Shown here in pieces: positions 11,381 through 22,491 of a stretch of 64,000 nucleotides of DNA. This stretch comes from Camelus ferus (taxonomy: Eukaryota). Below the pieces are notes generated by a model. It did not search any database. It saw only the letters and a list, made by a program, of their open reading frames with translations, and had not been told where the DNA came from. Within the stretch, counting starts at the first letter, position 1. The number at the start of each line of letters is the position of its first letter. The position numbers and the translations under genes were made by a program. Location of the stretch: NCBI RefSeq assembly GCF_009834535.1, contig NC_045707.1:49726001-49790000 (forward strand), given 5' to 3'.

Positions 11381-14154
11381 ACCACTCGCTCTCTCTCATC
11401 TTGCGTTTTACTTTGATTTCTGACTGCGAGCTTAGGGTCAAGCCTGTACCTTCTGGAGAGAGTTCTGCTTCTTAGATGTTGTTAAACAAACAAGCAAACA
11501 AAGTGTCTTTCTCTTGATTGTATTCCAAGAAGCTCTATAGATGGTTTACTACAAAGAAAAAAAAAAAAAAGAAGAAGAAGAAAGAAACTATTTACACAAG
11601 TCACAAGGAAGTAGCATGAAATGTATTACTACTGAGAGCTGTTCGGATGTACATATAAATGCTTAGCTGTTTGAAAGTTACAAAGGGCAATGAATATAAA
11701 GGAGAGGAGGTTTCTGGGAGATTGTAGAACTAGAAGCTGTCGCTTGAAAAGGTATTATAAGGTCTGATGAAGCAAAGTTTTTCCCTTTTTTATGATATAG
11801 TGCACACTTAAAAAAGAAAATTTTGAAAGCATAGAAATTTAAAAACCTCATAAAATCAGCCATAAACTCATATCAGATATAAATTCTGTTAACATTTGGT
11901 GTTTTCCTTCCAGTGTTTTTCTTCGTATGTAATCTTTGTTGCCACCTATTTTAAATTACACAAATTATGTGGCTTTGCATCTTGTTCTTTTCTCTTAGAC
12001 TGTGCAATAAGCATTTCCTGTGCCATGAAACATTTTCTGAAATCATGATTTTTAACGACTTTAATGGCTGCCTGTTATCCATAAGATACACGCAATATAA
12101 TCCTGAATTTCACCACTTACCTCTATTAATCCTTTATATTAATCCCAGTTTTTCACTTTTAGCAGAACTTTAGTTGATGAAAATGATATATTTGAGTTAA
12201 AAGTAACATTTTGACCAACATGACATAAACCTTACAGCCGAACAACGGAGAGAGTTGAAGGGGAGCAGCTCAGGGTAGAAAGCCGGCGTGGAGTTATGCT
12301 CTCTCTGTGTGCTGGCGGGTAATAATGCAGTAGGACTTCTAAGTAAGTTAGAAACATCTTAAAGGAGTCAGCATTTACTTACATCGAGGAATGGATAGGA
12401 ATTAAACAATGCAAAAGGTTATGTTCTTTCCAGGACACTGACGAATGTGAGACATGGACTGGCTTTTGCTGTCACATTTAGTCTCTGGAAAGTGTCCTCT
12501 GTAATAACAAGACGCCATATTTAATAAACATCAAATGCAGAATGACATCTGGGTAATAAGACAGATAAGGAGCCCATCTCATTCACAGGTTGAGCTCAAG
12601 TGAACTCTGGCATAACCACCAACGAAGGTGGGCTAAGAGGGTGAGGACAGAAGGGAAGATTTCTTCCATTTAGAACCACACGATTCCACCTCACCAAGTC
12701 TTTCCTGGTGATCTCCTTCTCCAGTGCCTCCCCGCATCAAGAGCTCTACACACTGCAGGCTGGCACACACTGTCAGTTCACGGGCTCAATTAAGTAACAA
12801 CAATATAAGGGCACTTAGAAGAACAAATTCAATGTTCATAATTGTCACTTCTCTGTTCCTCTTTTGTAAAACACTGAACAGTCCCTTCTGAGGTTTTGTA
12901 GACTCTCCTCCTTTGTTACTTACACCAAAACTTGAGCAACAGTGAGTTGTGAAATGAAAGATTATAAACCAAGACCAGAAGAACTCCAGCAGAAGATGAG
13001 CTAAGGGAGAAGACAGAACCAGATTACAGGGACACATTGAAGAGATAGCCTGGAGACAGAGATACACGAAAATCTGAAGACAGAGAGAACCAAGGAGGCA
13101 AAGACAGAATCAGAAGCCAGAGAGACCAGGTCAGGATAAGGCACTAATGCAGAAAGAAGTCAACACTCAGGAAGACCAGAGGTCACTGCTTCAGCGACAC
13201 AGTGTCTTAAACTGAAATCAGACCTGCCTCAAATGGAAGGACATTGTTTATTCCTCCTGATAAATCAAGATCCACAGATTGGCATCCTGGACATAGAACC
13301 CAGAGACTAAGATGAATGCGTTGGGTTTGGCAAACTAGCACCTCATTCAGCTCCCTGAAGCCTGGCAACTTATCTGGCCTGGGGGTTGGATCTTTCTCTC
13401 TTACCTGCCCTCCCTCCTGTTTTCCAGCCTCACAACAGGTCAGACCCTCTGTTGATTAATAGCTTTGGCTTAAGCTATATTCTTCATAGGATCTTTGGTT
13501 TCTGGTTAAAATTACTGTCTATAAAGCCACCTTCTCACTCATACAAGAGACATCTCAGTCCTTTCTGTGGGGAAGAGACACATGAAGAGCTGTAAGGAAG
13601 GAGCAGTCCTGGAACAAGTCTTATATGTCCTCAACCCATTTTGGACAAGGTCAGATGCCTCTTTCCATTCCTTCCTGGGTGTCAGAGTGGCGAGATGACT
13701 CTGGTCTGCTCCAAAATTTTCTTCCTATTTTCTTTGGAATTGAGGGAGAAGGGAATATAGGAAACAATATGGGGAAGACAGCACACTTGGCAACATCTCA
13801 AAGCACTGAGAGCTCCTTCTAAGAGATGCCCCTTCTGCCCGGCAGGACTGCGCAGCCCTGCCTTATCCCACGGGCCCACGTGTGGTGCATCGGCTGCACC
13901 CCAGCCTCCCCAGAAGCTTGGAACCTTCTCTGCCCTTGGTCCTCTAACTTTTTACTTACAACAGAAAACACTCTTGAGCGCTTTCTATTCTCCAGGCCTA
14001 GCTGAAGCTTTCCTCCTCATACCATATATTTTTCTTAAAAAATTTCTCATTTTGTGGGTTCACAGAACATATTTACATGGGAAAGGCAGCCTCAAGGGGA
14101 TTATGGTATACTTTTAAAATTCTTAAAGAGAAGTATTTACATTTTAGTGTGAAT

Positions 14155-14560
14155 GATAATGTAGTTCATATTTACTGAGTCCTTATTAGATGCCAGGAAT
14201 TCTGCTAAGTGCTTTAGAGTATAAACTATATATTATGTACTATATAATTGATTTATCCCAGTATTTTCAAAACCCCATGATTCTTTCCAGTGCATCTATT
14301 ATTCTCATTTTTAGAAGAGGAATTTGGAGGGTGTAGGGTATAGCTCAGTGGTAGAGTGCATGACTAGCATGCATGAGGTCCTGGGTTCAATCTTCAGTAC
14401 CTCCATTTAAATAAATAAACCCAATTACCCCCCCCCATAAAAAGGGGATAGAAAATTGGAGATCACAAATGTACGTGATGGAGTTAGGACTCAAACCCAA
14501 ATCCGTGTGACCACAACATCTATCCTCTGGTCCACAACATCCATCCTCTAGTCAGCATTC
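14155..14560 (-). mobile_element. MIR SINE split by a Vic-1 insertion
   Basis: atttactgagtccttattagatgccaggaattctgctaagtgcttta on the left; ggagttaggactcaaacccaaatccgtgtgac on the right. Confidence 0.7.
14329..14443 (+). mobile_element. Vic-1-type camelid tRNA-derived SINE
   Basis: gggtatagctcagtggtagagtgcatgactagcatgcatgaggtcctgggttcaatc carries Pol III A and B boxes. The tail is agtacctccatttaaataaataaacccaattacccccc. Degenerate TSD aatttggag / aaattggag. Confidence 0.85.
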
Positions 14561-14929
14561 TGCATGGCTTTTCGCTCTGGATAACTCTGGCATTGCTGTC
14601 TTTGGCGTTAATGTGTCAAGGAAGGTGATGTTTTCCAACCTCCTGTGATGAAGACATAGCCACTACATGATATGAAATCTTGGTCACAGAATCACTTAGA
14701 TGCTGTGAAATGGTTGTGTACGAGGCTTGCTAGTCTCCAGAGTTTCATGCTTATCACCTTGTGCGGTGGGGGTGGAAAGGAAAAATTAAAATCATCCCTT
14801 GACTGCCATCCAGGGAAGCAACATGGCATTTTGAAGTCTTTCAGTCTCCTTCGGAGTCTTCATCACAGGAATAAAAGATGTTTTTTCCATCAAAAAGCTC
14901 CTCTCACTTCGCTGCCCCTCTCCAGATCA

Positions 14930-15400
14930 GCCTTCTTGTTGTTTACATATAAAATTGAAGCCAAGTCCCTGGGCTGGACCTCAGGACCCCACAAGCTCCT
15001 CCTACAGCCTCCATTGCCTTTCATTCTGGTTTTGAGTTCTCACTGCTCCTGGGGCGCCTGCTGTCCCTCATGCATGGCTTGTCACCTGCCTCTGCCCTGG
15101 CAGTGCCTCCCTGCAAGGAATGTTTCCCTTGTCTCTGCCACCCACCTTCCCCGTCCACTCTTATCAGACCTTCACTCCACACCCTCTTGAGTCACACTCA
15201 CTTCATCAGAGCCCTACTTTGTAAAAGGGCTGAAGCCCATATTACATTCATGGATTGTGTGTCTTTCCAGCCATCAAGTAAGGTCTTTGGGAATAAAGAT
15301 TCTATTTTTCTTATAATACAGGAGATAACTAAATGGATACTGGTCTGAGGAAATAGAGATTGTTTGGTGCCTGGCACAAGTAAGCATCCGTGTATTATAA
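14930..15400 (+). mobile_element. Degenerate L2 3' portion
   Basis: Pyrimidine-rich body ending gtgcctggcacaagtaagcatc. Confidence 0.5.
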
Positions 15401-15553
15401 CTTCTGTACTAAAGTAGTAATTCTTGGTTTTGGGGCTTCGGTTCATAGAAGTATCTATATGTATTTAAAAGGTGTTGAAATATCATGACAACTCTGGTAC
15501 CTCGGACACAGGTTAAGACAGAAAGCCAGAGAACCAGCTAGTTCCCATAAGAG

Positions 15554-15744
15554 CAGTGATTCTCAGCTGGACACAAATACCTGGAGACATTTCTGGTGTC
15601 GGGGATGTTACTGGCATCTGGTGGAGAGAGGCCAAGATGGTTACTAAACATCCTGAATTACACAGGAGGACCCCCCCCCCCCGGCCCAACAAAAAGGAAA
15701 CACCCATCTCAAAGTGTCAGTAGCACTGAGGTTAAGGAATCTTG
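15554..15744 (+). mobile_element. MER20 hAT-Charlie MITE
   Basis: cagtgattctcag..ctggagacatttctgg..tactggcatctggtggagagaggccaagatg..ctaaacatcct..aaagtgtcagtagcactgaggttaaggaatcttg. Confidence 0.85.
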
Positions 15745-15794
15745 GTCCAGGAAAAAAAAACGGTTATCCTGAGTCAGGTTATCAGCCATGCCTG

Positions 15795-15798
<4 letters not shown>

Positions 15799-15830
<32 letters not shown>
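15799..15830. repeat. poly(T) run (T32)
   Basis: Direct read. Confidence 0.95.
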
Positions 15831-15831
<1 letters not shown>

Positions 15832-16029
15832 ACAGTTCATTGTCTGCTGCAGAGAATTTATTTTTAAGATCGAGACCACCACCATTTACAGATCTGTCAT
15901 TTTAGCTAAATACACCATGACACAACTTGTTTCATCTTTACATTCAAAATTACCATCACAACTTTTAAAATTATTTTTTATTAGCTTTTCTATTTTTGTA
16001 TGCAGTATAAATCAGCTTCCAGATTCTTA

Positions 16030-16200
16030 AATAAAATCTTTGAATAGGGAGAGACCTTAGGAATTATGTGGCCCAAACGTTTCATTTTACACATGAAGAA
16101 ACTGAGACCCAGAGTGGTCAAGGGACTTTTTAATGACAGAAGCAGGGCTGGATCCTAGGTCTCCTGACCATAGTCTGGTGGTCTTGGCAGTATCACACGA
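16030..16200 (-). mobile_element. MIR (MIRc/MIR3-like) fragment
   Basis: tcattttacacatgaagaaactgagacccagagtggtcaagggactt. Confidence 0.7.
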
Positions 16201-18939
16201 CGTGACCATGATGTAAGGGGGAAGGCATACACTCCTCTCTGGGAGATTATTTCTCTCTGAGGACAGGTTTTAGCCTTCCTGTATCTAGTGACTTTGCTCT
16301 CTACCTAGTTCCACTAAATCGTCAGTTAGAAAAGAGTTGCTCTAGTGATATATGATGAAACACGTGTCCTCTGAAGAAGCCATATCAAACATTAAAACTT
16401 TGGAAATGGAAATCCTAAGGCCATCTTGCATTTTTCACTTTTAAGCTCATTTAGATAATATATTTCAAAATATTATTGTGGTTGATTCAAATAATTATGT
16501 TTTAAGACTTTGTTAGATATTAGTTAATATTTTCTTGGTAAATAGATTATTATAAATGTTTAGATGAGGAAATCTTAATAAAAATCTTTCAAGGACAGTC
16601 TCAGTAAGTATTTTTGTTCTACACAATAACTTTGGTTTTCACTTCATTGCCAAGGGAATTGCTGGGATGGAGAGGTTAATTAATTTATTTATAATCATGC
16701 AGCATATTAGTGGGAAAGAAAGGATTCAAGTTCTCAGTTTTTGTTTTGTTTGGGTTTGATTTTTTGGTTTTGTTTGCTTTGTTTTGCAAAACAAATGCTT
16801 TTAAATTATGCATTTGATGGAGTTCCCAGTTTGTTGTTCAGCCTACATCTGTCTGAAGAGTGTGAGCTTCTGAGCTCTCGGACGAGGTGAAAGAAATGAG
16901 TAATGCAAATGGGTATCACTATTTCTTAATTTTTACTATTGAGTTAGATTTATTGAAATATTTATTATATGAAGGTTACAGATCAATTTGCACCTTTACC
17001 CTCTGCCATTCGAATTAGAATTTGTGCCGTTTGTTCCAAAGAATGTTCAGTGGAAGTGCCTGGAGAGATCAGTTTGAAATGAATGCTTCAACTCAAGGAA
17101 CAATTCAAAACAAGGCCCCACTAATCAAGGAAAATGTCACTAGTTCCTATTTTGATTAAAAATGAAGAGCAGAGAGGAGAGTGAGCAGACTGGAACTTCT
17201 TGCAATGACTGGTTTGGGATTTATAACAGAAGGAGGAAGTTACCTTCCAGAAGTTGTGTTTGAAGTATAAAGAAATGTGTTACTGGCATATGAATACCAG
17301 ACAGGCTGACAGCACTATTAGAGGTAGGAATGATGTGCAGAATAAATAGCCACTAAGCGTAGTGACAACTTTGAGTGACAGGTGAAGAATAAAAATGAAC
17401 AATTTTTCTGATGACATGTCAGGAAACAAATGCCTCTTTCTTTCAGAAGAAAAAGATACATATGGTTGTGAATTCAAACAGCCCTCCATCTGGTGAACTT
17501 TTTCTCCCTTAACAAAACTATAATTTTGGCCTCAAATGGAGCAATCCCTGGGTGGAAATTGTTACTTCTTCACTTCATTGAAGGTTTACAACAGTTTATT
17601 CTGACTGTTTCTGTCCAGTTTTAACAATACGTTTTATACTAACACCGTCCTGTCTACTGAATAATAAGAGACCCAAGAATAGACTAGGCATTTTGTCTTC
17701 TGTAGCAGGCCAAAGGCTATCATAAGTTCAGATGTACTACTCAAAGCAAATTCACATGAATTTTTGTACCAGAAATATATGTTTTTTAGGAGTTATATTT
17801 TTATGAAATAATAAGAGAGTAAAATTTTGTTTCATTTAACTTTGTCAAAAATAACTCAAGGAGGTGATACAGAAAAAAAATTAGAAATTATACAGTACAA
17901 GTCTGTGTACTTTGCCAACAAAATGAACTTGAATATTATTTAAATTTCCCCCAAGAAATATCTGGTGTGGATCAAAAACCAGAAAAGAAAATAATGGGCC
18001 TCCACCTCGGGCTCCGGTGTATGCAGTTTCCCTAGATGATGGAAACCTCATAGTGACAGTCTTTCATCATGGCGAGAGGTGTTCCCAGAGATTCAGTCCT
18101 ATAAAGGTCCCTCTGAACTTAGGAAAGGAAATATTAATTGGATAGTATGATGTACTGTGATCACTTTTAATTGTCCGATGCCATCTGAGAAAACTTGAAT
18201 CTAACATCAAACCAATATTTGGTTTTAACTAAGGAGAGTGGTATCTGTTTGCAGATCACAAAGATCTGTGGATCCAAAAAAGTGAAAGAAAGCTAAAGCA
18301 CACTATGGGGTTATCAGTCCATTATAGGAAGTCTTTGGCTATACAGAAGACAGTTTTGATAGACGGCTCTCCAGAGACCTTTTAAATTTTTTTAAATAAT
18401 TAATTATGGCCATGTTAACACGTGCTTTTATTTGAGAGTATTCTCACTTCCACCCAGAAATTTCGAGATATAAGTTGAAATGTTACTTTCATATGCTATT
18501 AAAGTTCACTGTTTCTGCATTGAGGTTTCATGTTATGCATCATGGCAATCCTCTCACTTAGTAAAACAATCAGAAATTCACTTTGCCCAAACTTCAGTTT
18601 TGATCTTTGCATAATGTCAAATTTTCTCTTTGCAAAAAATCCCCCAGCAATTGATAGTTTTTCTTATCTGTTTAGTATTCATGTTAAGAGTGTACGATTT
18701 GTAAGGCAGAGCCCTGGCCAAGAACTCACCTCTCCATCATTAGAACTTCGCCTTACCATCTCATCTCCTCAGCTACAGGGATTTCTCATTGATTTCTCGG
18801 TGACTTCCCAGCTCACACTGATTCCTGTATACTTAGCATTTGGAAGGACCAATTAATTGACATGACAGTTGATCATCTGACCTTTGGGTCTCACTCACAG
18901 AATCTAGACTATGATGTCATCAATTCTATGAATAATTGT

Positions 18940-19170
18940 GAATGTGATTTATTGAGCATTTATCATATGCTGGGCACCATGATAAGCCTCTCTATCCATC
19001 ATTTAATTGAATTCTCATCACAAATCCTATGAGTTATTGCTATTCCCTTTGACATATAAAGAAACTGAAGTTTAGAAGGTGAAGGGAACATGCAGGTAGA
19101 AGTTGCACAGCCTGAATTCAAACCCAGGACTGGCTCATTTTTGAAAGAGAAAGAGTGGACCACTCCCCTG
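18940..19170 (-). mobile_element. MIR SINE
   Basis: atttattgagcatttatcatatgctgggcacc..aaagaaactgaagtttagaaggtgaag..attcaaacccagg. Confidence 0.75.
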
Positions 19171-19424
19171 ACCTTTTCCCAAGGTAGAATCTGAGAAGAA
19201 CAGTAGACAGTGGTTCAGAATTGAGTTGAATCTTTGCTAAACTAGAGATCTCTAAGGTTCTGTTCATGTGACTAATGAAGTGAGACCTTCTGGGAAAATG
19301 AGCCAGTGAAAGATCCCTTCTTTTGTTCTCAGGACACACAAAGGGCAAAGAATTAAAGGGACCAGACTTAACAAAATGTTAAGAATTTTTGATTCTGTGG
19401 AAGGAGAAACAGTTTGAAATTTTT

Positions 19425-19700
19425 AAAATGTATTTAATAAACACTTAACATAGCACAAACCGTATGTGGGACACTGTTCTGTGTACTTTCTAAATATTAG
19501 CTCTTTCTGTTCTTATAATAACCTATGAAGTGGGTACTATTATTATCCTCATTTCACAGATGAGGAAACTGAAATACAAAAATGTTAAATTACATGCCCA
19601 GAAACCTGCTGTCAGGAGGGGACAAAATTAAAAATTAAACCCAGGTAGGCAGTTAGGCTCTAGACCAAGCACCTAAGCACCGTAATATACTGCGCCTGAC
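19425..19700 (-). mobile_element. MIR SINE (near full length)
   Basis: gggtactattattatcctcatttcacagatgaggaaactgaaatacaaaaatgttaaattacatgccca. Confidence 0.85.
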
Positions 19701-20190
19701 AGTGAGGAAAATATTTTCTTCCTTTTTATGGGCTTAGGGCAGTGTTTTTCAACCAAAAATTCAAGATCCCCTGGGTCCCTCAAACATTTTTCGAGAGGCT
19801 CTCATGTTCTCTTGAAGAACATTTTATGTTTAGTTCTTAACGAAAGTGAGCTAAGCTGTAACTAACATAGTCTTCCCATTCTTTGGGAAAGTTGGTTAAG
19901 AGGGGTTTCGTGTTAACAGGGGCCTCACTCAGGCTCTGCCAGCTAGAAATGAAGCAGCAGAGGGGACTGAGGTAGGCAACAGAGTGCGAGGTCCTACCCA
20001 CCCACCAGGTTGTCCTCAGATGTCACTCCTGTCGAGAAGACATCCTGGTTCTTCCCCTGCGCTTGCTCTCCGAGAGCCCGGTGTCCTTTGTGTGCACCTC
20101 TCTCATGGTCCTTCACTCGTAATGCCCAGAATCATCCTTCTCTTTTTGCTGACCACCCAGCTTCTCTGTTGGAACTGCCTTGAGAGTGCC

Positions 20191-20840
20191 ATGTAAACTG
20201 CTGGTTGCCCTCAGTCTCCAGTCTCCCCTTCTTTTAGAACAGAAACTTCCATTTTAGCTGGGTACATTGCGGGGCAGCTGACAGACTGCATCTCCCGGTC
20301 TGACACACACGTATGACTGTCCATAGGACTAAGTTCTGGCCAAACGAGGGGTAAGCAGAAATGCCGTATGAGATTTCCAGAAAATGTCCTTAAAAATGAG
20401 AAGAATGTGGGGCCTGTTGATAATGGGGGAGACATGCACGTGTGGGAGCTAGAGGTATATGATAAATCTCTGTACCTTCCACTCAGCTTTGCTGTGAATC
20501 TAAAACTGCTCTTTAGTGGGAAAAAAATTAAAAGGTCTAATAATGTTTTTCTCCTAATCAGGATGTGCCCATTTCTTCCTCGTTTCTCCTTCCTGCTGCT
20601 TGTAGACACAGGATGGGATGGCTAAATTCCTGAACCCATCGTGAACCATGAGGTGGCCTTGGGAACAGAAGCCACACGCAGCAGAAATGCAAGGGGAAAG
20701 AAGTGAAGCCCTTTACTAGCCCCAACTACTTACCTAGACTGCTGTATTAGTAGGAGAGAAACATATTCTGTCTCATTTAACCTGAGGTTATTTTGGATTT
20801 CCCTGTGGTTTGCAGCTAGACTTGACCTTCAGTGGTGTAG
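20191..20840 (+). mobile_element. MaLR solo LTR (MLT1I/J-like) interrupted by an L1 3' end
   Basis: ggactaagttctggccaa..gtaagcagaa; catcgtgaaccatgaggtg; ggagagaaacatattctgtctcatttaacc..tttgcagcta. Confidence 0.7.
20405..20535 (+). mobile_element. L1MB/MC-type 3' end inserted in the MLT1 LTR
   Basis: tgttgataatgggggagacatgcacgtgtggg..ggtatatgataaatctctgtaccttccactcagctttgctgtgaatctaaaactgctct followed by an A-rich tail. Confidence 0.8.
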
Positions 20841-21647
20841 AAGTGCAGAGATGATGTTTTATGTACCTTTCATTGAAATATGCAGCACAGTCTCAATAGG
20901 GCAGGTGCAACTGAAAAATACATTTATTGACTTGAACCTCGAAAACCGTGAAAAGGTGCAGAATTCTCCACTAAGCTGTACACCAAAGTACCTCCTGGCC
21001 TTCTTGTCCACATCTAGTTAAACTTATTCCAAATAAATTTCCTAATTGTTTCTTTTCAATCGTTCTTGACTTTAGGTTGCATGATAGGAAAATTTTTATT
21101 GAAACGCTTTATGAATATTCTGCATGCTTAAATATGTTTTACTAGGTTTAGAATAAATAGTGTGACCAAAGTATTGCTTTCTGTCTTTTATTGAAAACAT
21201 AAAACTTTAGCTCTGTTATTAAAGATTAAAATGGCTTTGGAAAGAAGGGCTAAACTAAAACAATTCAGCATTTACAATATATTTCCTGTAAGAAAATTCA
21301 CTCTGAGGTTCAACCTTGTGAGTTACAAGGAAACTTTTAGAAGATAACATATTGATAAATTGATGGATAGGGCTATCATAGACTTATAAACTCTAAAAAT
21401 CAGTACTATAGTTTCTGGATTTGGGGACCTATGGAACCTTAGGGTGTTCTTTACTTCTTTAACTTAGCTAATTGTTTGACTTCTATCAATCTTAATCAGT
21501 GAGATTTCATCACTAATGAAAACAATGTCCATAGTTTTAGCATTCTTAAATAAAAGTATTATTAAATCCTACATGTATTTTAGACTTCCATATTATACAG
21601 GTATTATTAAGTCTTTTATATAGTGTTTAAATATATGTAACGGAATA

Positions 21648-21961
21648 CAGCTGACCCTTGAACAACATAGAGGTTGAGCACCAACTTGAGCAGTAGAAAT
21701 TCCTCCTACTGCTACGTCTGCCTCAAAAACAAAGGAGTTGATAAATGACTTTCCCAAGGGCAGGAAGCTGAGACAGTTTGGATATAATCAGAACTCAAAC
21801 CCTAGCTCTTTTGATTCCACAGTACTGTGATCTCTAATCGAACATAAAGTTTTCCCCACACTCAGAGTTCTGTCAAATGAAAATACAGGTGCTACATTTT
21901 TTGAAAAAGATCTGCAGGTGGACCTGCACTATTCAAACCCATGTTGTTCAAGGGTCGCCTG
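21648..21961. mobile_element. Tigger2/MER8-family TcMar MITE with atypical interior
   Basis: TIRs cagctgacccttgaacaacat (21648-21668) and atgttgttcaagggtcgcctg (21941-21961) match at 19/21. TA lies on the left and TG on the right. Subterminal gtggacctgcactattcaaaccc is typical of Tigger2. Confidence 0.85.
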
Positions 21962-22099
21962 TGCTTGTCAAACCTCTGAATTCAAATAGAAAATGTTCAA
22001 TAGCTCATTAATATTTCTTTTGAATTTCTTACAGAATCATCTAGAAACATCTATTTTCAAATTTTAGCCAGTATTATCTAGTCTAAGCATTAATAATTA

Positions 22100-22320
22100 T
22101 CATTAAAAATAACAGTAGTCGATAGTTACTGAATATTTAGTATGTTCTAGACACCATTTTAAGAGTTTTGCCATTTTAAGAGTATTCCCCAAATAGAATA
22201 CTGAAACTCAAAAAAGACAGCAGTATGCCCCAAATCCTAATGATGAAAGATAGAACTAGGATTCAAATCCAAATCAGTCTGATCCTGAATCCAGAGTCTT
22301 TACACCAGCTTACACTGTGC
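22100..22320 (-). mobile_element. MIR SINE
   Basis: ttactgaatatttagtatgttctagacaccattttaagag..agaactaggattcaaatccaaatcagtctga. Confidence 0.65.
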
Positions 22321-22385
22321 TGACTTCCAGTTAATTACAAAGGGATTTTAATTCCCTTCTTTTCGTTGTATCATTTTTCTTCAAG

Positions 22386-22491
22386 GAAGGGTTAACCATA
22401 TTAGTACCAAAAGATTTGACAGCCAATTTCCTAGAATCAAGAGAAATTTTAAGTCTTTCTGGCATGTGGGTGGTATAGTCAGTATGTGCAG
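22386..22491 (+). other. Candidate 106-nt exon (unassigned)
   Basis: Acceptor cttcttttcgttgtatcatttttcttcaag; donor CAG|gtaaga. One open frame (RVNHISTKRFDSQFPRIKRNFKSFWHVGGIVSMC); no recognised homology. Confidence 0.2.

Noticed and set aside
14336..14405. tRNA-like sequence (also 59290-59350)
   Set aside because: It is the head of a Vic-1 SINE with tail and TSD; mutations disrupt the cloverleaf, so it is not a tRNA gene.
14672..15190. 172-aa plus-strand ORF
   Set aside because: The second half lies in a decayed L2; no recognisable protein similarity.
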